Of a DNA stretch of 64,000 bases, positions 26,297 to 35,620 are shown piece by piece. The notes beneath the pieces are model-generated. The model saw only the letters and a program-made list of their open reading frames with translations. It was not told the DNA's origin and ran no database searches. The stretch lies in the NCBI GenBank assembly GCA_044892525.1, contig JBJFYX010000144.1, positions 62,001 through 126,000 of the forward strand, given 5' to 3'. A program made the position numbers and the translations under genes. Within the stretch, counting starts at the first letter, position 1; each line of letters begins with the position of its first letter. Source of the DNA: Schmidtea polychroa (taxonomy: Eukaryota).

Positions 26297-29200
26297 TGTT
26301 GGCATATGTGGGGAAGAGAAAAATTACGCACGCGCAACCTTCACTCATACAAGGCGTCATCGTTCCGCTCAGGCACTTCCCATACATACACCAGATGATC
26401 AAATGCATATTCCCACGTATGAGCCCGTGGTGATGTTCCACGTTGGTGCTGCTCACACGGGTCGGAAAAGGTTAGCAGGTGAGCCTCTGCCTTAAGACTA
26501 CTCCTAACCCTGTCTCGGTTCGGGTTCCATGGCGCCGTAGAAGGTCTTACCCATTCCTCTACACATCATTCGGTCCTTCCCTGGTCCAAGGGGACGACTC
26601 TGTAGTGCTACCTATATCTGATACCGTCCTATTGTTCACTTTTAATCCCATATCATGCATGCCAAAAACAATCACCGAGAGACAATAAAAATTATATTAC
26701 ATCCACAACAATAATTACATTTATAACAAGGAAAAAGGGGCTGTCACAAAAATAAATGTTCAATATTCACAAATACTCAAGTCCGCTTCCGAATCTTGCA
26801 GAATCAAGGCAATGGAAATCTGTCAGTCAAAGGACTCCCCATCAGCAAGCATCTCGTCGATGTCGACCGGCAATCGTTGGTTAGAGACGTATTTGATGCC
26901 CTCTGCGGGAATTACACGGAAAATTTCCTTCGTTGGAATTGAATGGCTGGAAGAGATTTCTTTTATGGTGGATTGGGCTACCGATAGTGACGCTTCGAGT
27001 GCGGCCATCGCATCTCGGCGTTTTTTATTCTTCTCGGCTCGAGTTGGCCGTTTCCGTTTGCGAGTAGACGGAGGGTTTTCTATGTTCGCGGTGCCGATTG
27101 GTGCTACCAAAATTGGAGCCAAGATGGGATCGGTAGGTCCACCGACCAAGGGTTGATGACTCGATAAGGTTGGAGCCGGGACGGGCGGCAGATAGGTACC
27201 ATGCCCTTGGCAGCTTGTTGAAGTTGATTGGGAGGCCTGATGGTGAGGGGGGAAGACATTGGTTTTCTCGATGACGGGAAATTCTCGGACCCGTTTGGCC
27301 AATTCTGCCTCCGTATATACTTTATGGAGGGCTTCCGATTGTGCTTTGATCGTGAGCCGCTGGCAACGGCTTTCCTCCAGCAGGCTGTCCCTGCAATGCT
27401 CTAATCGGAGAATTTTCTTGCGTTCCTCTTTCATTTGTGGCGGGGAGAACCACGTGCCTTCGTAGAGATCAATTCTCTTTTTCAATGCCCCGATATATAG
27501 GTGGAGCTGCGCGATATCTGCGTTTTTATCGGCGCAGGAGAGACATGGGCGAAGATTTTTTCCAGAGCTGGTAGAGGTATTCATCTAAAGAGTTTACAGA
27601 ATTTTTTATTATCAATTTTACAAAATTTATTGGCTAGGATTTTGTTCCTATTTTACATACGAGGTTCACCATTTTCGCAATCAAACCATTCAGTGGTGAT
27701 TCCAACACCCAAATTATCAGTCGGTGCCCCCATTCATCCAATTTCAAGCATTCAAATTCATCCCCTCAACCATCAACACCTAACGAGAAGAAAACGAAAA
27801 TTCTAGACATAATTTATTTGTCATCATTTTACAATCGGTACGTGTTATGAGTTTGACTATTCCCCTTTTCGCACTTGATCAGTCTAGTGCTGACAATACT
27901 AACCCCTTTATTTTATTTATCATTATCTGATGTTTGCGATTTTACTCCTCATTACTACGTTCTACACAACTAAACCGAGTCGTATTATAAAAGAAAAATT
28001 CGACATCCAATGGACCTCGTTATGTTATACTAAAGTAGTTCAAGTAGAGAAAAATAAAATAGAAAAAGAAAAAAAATTAACAGCAGAACATCTTTGGTTC
28101 ACCTTTAGTTTAGTTTATGATGGTTTGATTTTATTTAAATTTTTGCCGTGAGGTTGTCATGACGACGTTACGCAATATGTAGTTGTGTTAAAAGATCGTC
28201 TTTCGTTTACATGTGGCATGTAATTCAACATGTGACAATGCATGCTAAAGTAATGTTAGTTGTCCCTAGCTTATGAATCGGTTTTGGTGACGTGTTTGCT
28301 TCGAATGGTAGTTTAAGAGTGGGTGTCTGCCTTACGCACGTGATCTCTTTCTTTCGCCTGTGCACACAGTATCGTTTTCTCGATTAGCTTCCTCGTTGTT
28401 ACGTCACGATTATGTCACAGAACATGTTAGGACTCAGAACAATTTGTCGTCTACTGAGAAAGAATTTCCAGGTAGTATGTCAATGAGGCGGATTATCAAG
28501 ATTCAGTTGTCTGGGAGATTGATTAGAAGTATCCACCCAATCATTACGCGACAATTCACTAGCGGGTCAGAACTGATGATTTACTCTAGTCGTTATCAAC
28601 TCTTAGACATCTCTCTATCAACGCATTCACTAAACCTATGGCAGAGACGATTATCGCTCCCTCTCTTCGGCGGATTTTCCTCAGTCATACAATCCGGTGA
28701 ATAATAATCTGTCTGAAATTAGTTTGACAGTTTCCGATAAATTCGACTGCGGTTTCTCTAGCATCGATCGTAAATATTCCGATAATTTCTCGTGATTTGT
28801 TTGTTTTATTCTCAGAAAATCTAGGCTTATCAGTGGCCGTATAACCAACAATCTAACTCAAAAGTACACTGACTATGGGTTTCGTCGTAAATGTCCTGGC
28901 GATGTGGATTCTAGAAGATCTCGGGCTCTATGACATTCTCTGCGAACAACATTGGATTTTTTACGCAGCTATAGCTCCCCAATCACCAGATATTCTCGTG
29001 TCAATTTCCCGAGGGATATACGACATAGACTCTAACTTTCCAATGCGATTGATGGCGACTGGATGTAATGTTAAAAGACGTTGATTCGAAAATTTCCTGG
29101 AGTTTCTCATGATTTCATCTTCGCGACTACTCTTTTAAGAAGTGTATTTTCGACGATAGCGGTGGTCGATCGCACTCGATGAAGGAAATTTCACTCTTCA

Positions 29201-30498
29201 GCTATACTTCGACTCACGGAGTTTCCTCACCTCTCATGACCCACCCAAGAACGGCACTCATTTCTGCCGCCGTCCTTGCACCGTCATGGGAGACAATCAA
29301 CTCCTCTCCTCAAGCAATTCAAAATCAACTCCGACATTAATGGAAAAATTTTGTAAAACAAATAAAATGAATAAATCAGATTTACCCGGCGACCCCACCA
29401 TCTGGGTTCCAAGCATGATGTCTTCCGAGCCATTCAGATGCATGTCCCTCCGTACTGGACAATTTCCTCAAATCTTCTTCAACCTCGAAAATCGACTGAT
29501 ATCTTACTCCGTCGCAACGCATACTCGCAAACCCTTTCACAACGTATTTTCGCTCTGCCGCATCATGCCTGAAGGTCCCAGATAGTACAGTGGCCGGTAC
29601 CATGAAGAAAAAGGCTGCTGTTCATTTCAAATTGAATTTATTGAATAAAATTTATTCTACTTTTAATTATTTTCAACATTTTTACAGCAAATAACTATTC
29701 ATAATATCAATCGAATGTATACCTTTGAGTTTAAAACTGGATCGAATAGAATAATAAAGTCGTCTAAGTTCTCGGTACTTTCCGTAGGCTCTTAACCAGT
29801 AGTCTAAACTGGCTTATCGGCTGTAAGTGGTTTTGTAGGATTGCTTCGTAAACGAGTTCTAGTAGCTGCTAAGTGGTCCTGAAGTCCTGTAGAGTTTCGG
29901 GTTAGAATGATGATAATATTTTAAATAAACTTTTACCTGTAGAGTTTCGGGTTAGAATGATACTCTACAGATTTTTGTCGCTCTTTATATATTATTTTCT
30001 GTCCAATCAGGACGCGACCCGTTTGTATTTTTACTCTTTATTATTATTTTTATGTTTTTATCATCGTATATTAAATTTTTTTAATGGCTTGGCTTATTCT
30101 TATTATTATTTTATTTATTTTTTCTTATTTTTATTATTTTCTCTTCTATTTTTCTGCGGACTTATTGTTATTTTATTGTAATATTATTTTTTGTTTTAAT
30201 TAGACTTAAAATGGTTTATTTTTTATTTATTTCTTAAATTTCTCGTTTATTTGTTGTCACTTTTTTACTTATTCTATTTCTATTTTATCCGTTGTGTGTT
30301 TTAACTCGTTTTATTTCTAAATCTTAAGGGATTTATTGGGTTTTATTCAGTTTGTTTTACCTATTCTTATTCTCTTATTGATTTTTTATCGTTCCTTCCT
30401 ATTTACTAGTGAGATTTTTATATTTTTATCTTATTTATTATTCGAGGTTTACTTTTCTATTCGCTCCAGTTTTCTCCACTCTGAAATTTAGCCCAACA
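26297..30498 (-). repeat. 3' LTR (4202 bp)
   Basis: Near-identical to 52716-56916; TG..CA termini. Confidence 0.97.
26823..27584 (-). CDS. LTR-encoded 253-aa protein (Cys pair, coiled coil, Pro-rich segment, basic NLS-like RKRKRP..KNKKRR)
   Basis: Open in the 3' LTR; ATG directly follows an acceptor-like ctctttag. Confidence 0.7.
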   Translation of the reverse strand: MNTSTSSGKNLRPCLSCADKNADIAQLHLYIGALKKRIDLYEGTWFSPPQMKEERKKILRLEHCRDSLLEESRCQRLTIKAQSEALHKVYTEAELAKRVREFPVIEKTNVFPPHHQASQSTSTSCQGHGTYLPPVPAPTLSSHQPLVGGPTDPILAPILVAPIGTANIENPPSTRKRKRPTRAEKNKKRRDAMAALEASLSVAQSTIKEISSSHSIPTKEIFRVIPAEGIKYVSNQRLPVDIDEMLADGESFD

Positions 30499-30756
30499 AA
30501 TCACTCCGGGGCCCGTTAAAATTGCGCCCCGCAATTCACATAATATTATACATTCAAATCATACTTTCTTTCGGTATGACACATAATCTCACAATCAAAA
30601 TCCACACAGACCTAAAATCAAATTAACAACAAAAAAATACTTTAATTAAACAGAGAAAATGACAAATATAAGCAAGCAGTGGTCACTTAAGGTGACCGGT
30701 TTTATCATAAAACAATGAAACATCAAGAATTTTGTCAATAGTTGCAGTTCGAAGTG

Positions 30757-31416
30757 TTATGTGTGTTGTTCAGTTGCCGTTGATGATGGGAGATTTGGTT
30801 GTTGGGGTTCGATGTTGTAGTATATTCGGCGACTTGCGGATGGTCTGACTGTTTCTGCGATGGAGGTTCGTTGACGGAGGTTTTCTTGGATTACTTCAGC
30901 CATGTTAGCTTCTTGGGACCTTCGAGATGATCTTTCTGATACGGGGTGACTTTTCTTCCAAACTTTGCAGAGGTTATAGATTTTTAGCAGGGTGACTATT
31001 GTGATTAAGGTGGTCTCGGCGATTACCACATAGAGGAGTTCATAGGTGTGGTTTATTTCATTCGGGCTTTTTACTTGATCAGGTGGGTTTTGTGTTTCTT
31101 GGTGTTGGACCTGCTGTTCTAATTAATCGACTTGGTGAATTTGGTCCAGAATTCTTTTATCGATGATTTTACACATAGGGTTGTGATTACACATAATTCT
31201 GATGTTGTTGATGTAGTTTCGGGTTGCTCGAAGGTTATTGATAAGATTGGTTCTTATGGCATTTGAGCAGGTGCACGATGGGGTTGTTGGTTCGATTTTC
31301 TGATTGGGTTTTCTGTTGTCTCGAACCCGTTCGATTTGGGGTTTCACTGGCTGTCGTCGTGTTAGATCAAGAATTATCATCATCATCAGCGTTACAATGA
31401 TCGGTTGGCTTCTCAT
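30757..31416 (-). CDS. Small type I membrane protein, interrupted by one in-frame TAA (31123-31125)
   Basis: ORFs 31123..31431 and 30757..31029 are in the same frame, and the 31 codons between them are open. Signal-like MRSQPIIVTLMMMIILDL, 4 Cys, TM LLYVVIAETTLITIVTLLKIY. Confidence 0.55.
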
Positions 31417-31476
31417 GATACTGATATACATTTAGTTATTTTATACATATTTATATACATCGCTTTTTTGTTGGTT

Positions 31477-32199
31477 TTAATTTTGTCGTTTCTTTTTAGG
31501 GTCTCTTTCTCGGATTCTCATTAATTTAGATTCTGCTTTAATGACCCTATGTCGGAGTTCCGGCAACATTTCGAGCTGCCTATCTTTCTCTTGGACCTTG
31601 TCCGTCAAGTGCTTTATCTCTCTTTTCAAGGTTTTTATCTCCTTCTTCTTCTCCTCCAGGTTCCGTTCTAGTTCCAATTGTAGGAAATCATTTTCCTCTG
31701 GGTCGTTCGTCTTTGGACTTTGTTTCTGCCGTTTTATTTCTATTTCTCGGTATTTATTGATCCATTTCTCCATTTCTGCACTTTCCTGTACTTTTACTCC
31801 CAGCTGGTTTTCTAGACCCCTGATAGTTTCTTGTCGTTTCCTCGCTTCCGTTTTCCAGTAATCTTCAATCACTTCATTAGCCTTGAGACTGGCTCTTTCC
31901 TGCCATAATTCTTCCGCGATCTTTTCCCAATTTCTCCCTCGCTTTCTTTGCTCGTGAAGCCATTCATTTTCTTCCTCTACTTCTTTCTTTACTTCTTCTA
32001 GCAAGGTGTATTCTCTTTTCAATACTTTAATCATTTTTCGATTATCTCTCCACCTTTCTACTAATCTTTCGTTTTCTTGTCTCTCTTCTTGTAATTCTTC
32101 TTTGATAGTTTTCTTCCTCTCCACTTCCTCAACTTCAATTTCTCCCTCCTCTAGCTCGATTATCGATGTCATGATGGGTTGTCCGTTTTCAGTATTCAT
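31477..32199 (-). CDS. Accessory Trp-rich coiled-coil protein, 240 aa
   Basis: Long ORF with the element's A-rich codon usage; heptad-like E/K/R/L pattern; acceptor-like tattatag before the ATG. Confidence 0.75.
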   Translation of the reverse strand: MNTENGQPIMTSIIELEEGEIEVEEVERKKTIKEELQEERQENERLVERWRDNRKMIKVLKREYTLLEEVKKEVEEENEWLHEQRKRGRNWEKIAEELWQERASLKANEVIEDYWKTEARKRQETIRGLENQLGVKVQESAEMEKWINKYREIEIKRQKQSPKTNDPEENDFLQLELERNLEEKKKEIKTLKREIKHLTDKVQEKDRQLEMLPELRHRVIKAESKLMRIRERDPKKKRQN

Positions 32200-32374
32200 T
32201 TTCTATAATATATACATAATTAATGATTGCGCTACAGTGCGGCTTATGCTTATACAATTATATGTTATTTATATAATCAGGGCTACAGTCCCTTTCCTAC
32301 TTTTACTGTACCATTAATTTTTTTGTTGGGATATAGGTCCCGATTTTTATATTTTTTATCTTTTCCATTTATCT

Positions 32375-33397
32375 TTATACGAAGGTCTCTTCCTGGCCTA
32401 CATATCCTTCATCGCTGTCTATTGACGTTTGTAGTTGGATTGCGATGGGATCAAATGGGATGTAGTACCGGGGAATCTGCGCTCTAAGTTCCTGAACTTC
32501 GTCTCTTAGTGCTCTTGACGCATTGAGTTCCTCGTCCAACAGGTATGTTAGATACCTGGTTTCGTCGTCCCTTACTTCGATCTGTTTTTCTAACTCTTCC
32601 GCTTTTTCGCCGTTCTCCCATTTTTTGATCTCCTTTTCGAGGTTCTTGATATTTTCGTCATACATCTTCCTCTCGTTTTCCAATTTCTTGTTCTTACCGG
32701 CTAGCACTATATTCCTTTGTTCTAGTGCCCCCTTATAGCCGTTATTGTCTCTTTCAAGATCGAGTTCGACGATTCTACCTGACTGTTGCAGGATCATCTC
32801 TTCCATGGCGGTATTCTCCTGTTCCTTCATGGACAGTTTCATGGCTAGATGCCTTTCAAATTCCATGGCCTTGGTCTGCCAGGTTTGACTTCGTGCCGCT
32901 ATTTTCCTGAGCCTTCTTAGCTCTTCTCTCTGATCAAGGTTTTCCTCCCATTTCCCTTGTTCACTTTCGTATTCCAATCTCTGCGGCAATTCTCTCATCT
33001 CTTTTTGGATTTCTCGATGTTGTTTTTTCCACTTTCTGGCCTCTGCTAGTAGTTGGCGGGTCTTTCTTTCCTCCTTTTGTTTTTCTATTTCCCGCTTCTT
33101 ATTCTCATCCGTTAGTCTTTTTCTTGACTCCTGTACCAGCTGCGTCAGGTAATGCCCGTGCGCCTCTTGCCTGGTATTTTCTAATGCCGACCATTTGGCG
33201 GCTCTTTTGCAGGCCTCGGCCTCCGCCCGTAAATTCTGTACTAACCACTGGAATTGGTGGTTTTCCCATTCTCTCGCTTCTTCGAGGTAATTTCGTGTTT
33301 GGTTTGATAATTGTATCATCACTTTGGCCCATCTTTCTCTATGTATTCTACTGATGTTTATTTCGTTATTTGGGGCTTCCGTTTGATCTTGAGTCAT
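32375..33397 (-). CDS. Accessory Trp-rich coiled-coil protein, 340 aa
   Basis: Long ORF with coiled-coil composition; acceptor-like ttatttag 6 nt before the ATG. Confidence 0.8.
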   Translation of the reverse strand: MTQDQTEAPNNEINISRIHRERWAKVMIQLSNQTRNYLEEAREWENHQFQWLVQNLRAEAEACKRAAKWSALENTRQEAHGHYLTQLVQESRKRLTDENKKREIEKQKEERKTRQLLAEARKWKKQHREIQKEMRELPQRLEYESEQGKWEENLDQREELRRLRKIAARSQTWQTKAMEFERHLAMKLSMKEQENTAMEEMILQQSGRIVELDLERDNNGYKGALEQRNIVLAGKNKKLENERKMYDENIKNLEKEIKKWENGEKAEELEKQIEVRDDETRYLTYLLDEELNASRALRDEVQELRAQIPRYYIPFDPIAIQLQTSIDSDEGYVGQEETFV

Positions 33398-33614
33398 CTT
33401 TGTCTAAATAACGATATCATTAACTCAACGTTGTACGCTTATATTCGGCTTATTTTTTATTTATTTTTACAATTCGTTATAGGAGTTGTTTTAGGAGTTT
33501 TTCGCTTAAGTTTACCTTTATTAGATTCGGGGATTTTTCTACACTACTATATACTATTTTACGGGGTATATATGCCGATATTTACAATTAGTATATACAA
33601 AATTATTCGTCTCT

Positions 33615-35003
33615 CTACTCAGTCCTACTCTTCCCGTCTCGCCTCACCGCTATTTTTATGTATATAGTGTCGTTTCTCGTCATGTCTTCTGCTTTCCGCT
33701 GTAGGATGAAATTCGGTGCTCCAGTTGCTGGTCCTTCTTCTTCCAAGGGCCTTTGGTAACATACGAGGTTTCCCGCTGTATGGAAACTCTGTTCATGTAT
33801 ACTTTGATAGTTCATCATTACGAGGTCTATTTTTGCTTTGAATGACCATTCTATTAACTCGTCGTATAGCCCTTTGCACATCAAGAAGAATACTGAGAAA
33901 TGCGTTCCGTATGCACTTCCATCCCCATTGGGGTATGCTTTCATTTTCATTTTATACCCGTTTTTCCATGAGTAGAATGCTGGACTTAGTAATGTTGTAT
34001 CCTTTCCATTTCTCGCTCTCTGCATCTTCTCTTTTACTCCCGTTATTTTCCATATGTATGGAGCCGTGGGTATTAATTCGTTGAGGTTTAATTCGCTTAC
34101 TTTTTGATGTAGTTCTTTCACCATAATGTTGCTAGTTTCCACTAGATCTGTCTGTATCTTTGTACTTGTTCTCGCCTCTTCAAATGCTTCCTTTTCTTCC
34201 AATAGTTCTTTTACCAACGCTTTTAGCGAGACTATTTCTCTTTCTAAGTTTTCGGTTTTCCTTTCGTTTTCTTGTAATACTGTTGACCATATTTCCGCGT
34301 GTGTTGATACGTTTTCTGCTAGATGTTGGGGTAATTCCCCTCGGTGTAATTGTTTCTGACATCCCCATTTTCCTAGCACACACGTTATCTTTTTTCTTTC
34401 ACATTCTTTTAGATGTTGAGCGAGTTTTATTACTCCGGGTTTATCGCATTTGTTGGGGCATTCTCCTCTGAATTCTGCGCACACTTTCTTCTCTTGTATG
34501 TTGTGATGTTGACTGATTAGTTTTTTCCAGGTGTCGGTTTCTCCGCAATACTCACATTTCTCCAGTCTTTCTTCGCATCGACTTTGATGTTCTGCTTCTT
34601 CATTGACTTTAATCTCTTCTTGGCAACGTTTGCATTGACTGATTTTATACTCACATTGCTCCATATGTTGCCTCACTTCCCATATCACTCCTCGCCAATT
34701 ACATGGGGTGTTTTTACATCCTAGGTTTGCATTCAACATATCTTTTACAGCTGCTTTATCTTCGTTTGTATCTCCCAAACTTGTTATCATTGTTTCTTTG
34801 CATACTGGGCACCATTGTGGTCCCTTCTTTATTATCTCCTCTACACATTCTCTGCACATTCTGCATCCACATCTGGTTTGGTGAGGTTCTCTTAATAAGC
34901 TCTTGCATATTCCACACGTTACATGGTTGTGTATTCGAATTGTGGTGGACTTTCTGACTTGTTCAACAATTTCTTTGAATTCTTCTCGTTGTCGCTTATC
35001 CAT
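33615..35003 (-). CDS. Element-borne intronless TRAF (RING, TRAF zinc fingers, coiled coil, MATH)
   Basis: CGICKSLLREPHQTRCGCRMCRECV..CPVC; several TRAF zinc fingers; MATH YIWKITG..SPAFYSWKNGYKMKMKAYPNGDGSAYGTHFSVFF..KGLYDELIEWSF. Likely start MDKRQ at 35003. Confidence 0.93.
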   Translation of the reverse strand: MDKRQREEFKEIVEQVRKSTTIRIHNHVTCGICKSLLREPHQTRCGCRMCRECVEEIIKKGPQWCPVCKETMITSLGDTNEDKAAVKDMLNANLGCKNTPCNWRGVIWEVRQHMEQCEYKISQCKRCQEEIKVNEEAEHQSRCEERLEKCEYCGETDTWKKLISQHHNIQEKKVCAEFRGECPNKCDKPGVIKLAQHLKECERKKITCVLGKWGCQKQLHRGELPQHLAENVSTHAEIWSTVLQENERKTENLEREIVSLKALVKELLEEKEAFEEARTSTKIQTDLVETSNIMVKELHQKVSELNLNELIPTAPYIWKITGVKEKMQRARNGKDTTLLSPAFYSWKNGYKMKMKAYPNGDGSAYGTHFSVFFLMCKGLYDELIEWSFKAKIDLVMMNYQSIHEQSFHTAGNLVCYQRPLEEEGPATGAPNFILQRKAEDMTRNDTIYIKIAVRRDGKSRTE

Positions 35004-35092
35004 TTCTATAATTATATATATACATATATTCATTACTGGTACAGTTTCGTATTTTTATTTACAGTTATTTACATTGCTATTTTAGGTTATAT

Positions 35093-35452
35093 TTATTGGC
35101 TGGAAGAGTCGGCCTCTTGTCCGCCCTCTTCCCTGCTGGTTAACCATTCTGACCAGTCTTCTATCTCCTCTCGCTCCATCTCTTCCGCGATTCTTATTAA
35201 CTCCTCTTCTTGCACCTGGCTGTATCGTGATATTCGGTCTATCTCTCGCTGCATTTGTTCTATTTTTATTCGTTGGTCTTCGATTATTCTTACATAACTG
35301 AAGCCTTTATTTAAACTTTCGACTAAGCTTCTTTGTACAGCGAGTCCTTGTTCCTGTAAATTCGAAATCACTTGAGTTAACATTGCACATTGTTGTTTCC
35401 ACATCTCCTCGGTTGTCGTACTGTGATTTACTTCCTCGCCTATTCGTTCCAT
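35093..35452 (-). CDS. Accessory coiled-coil protein, about 119 aa
   Basis: ORF with coiled-coil composition; likely ATG at 35452. Confidence 0.6.
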   Translation of the reverse strand: MERIGEEVNHSTTTEEMWKQQCAMLTQVISNLQEQGLAVQRSLVESLNKGFSYVRIIEDQRIKIEQMQREIDRISRYSQVQEEELIRIAEEMEREEIEDWSEWLTSREEGGQEADSSSQ

Positions 35453-35620
35453 TCTTAATTTATATATACTTTTCAATCCTTATCTAATTTTATTTTCATA
35501 TTAATTATCCCCATCATTATATACTATTGATACCGCGCTTATATAAAAATATAGAATACTGTTATATAAATAAATATTACCTACTTACTTTTTACAATCT
35601 ATATACAGTCATAATCCTTT

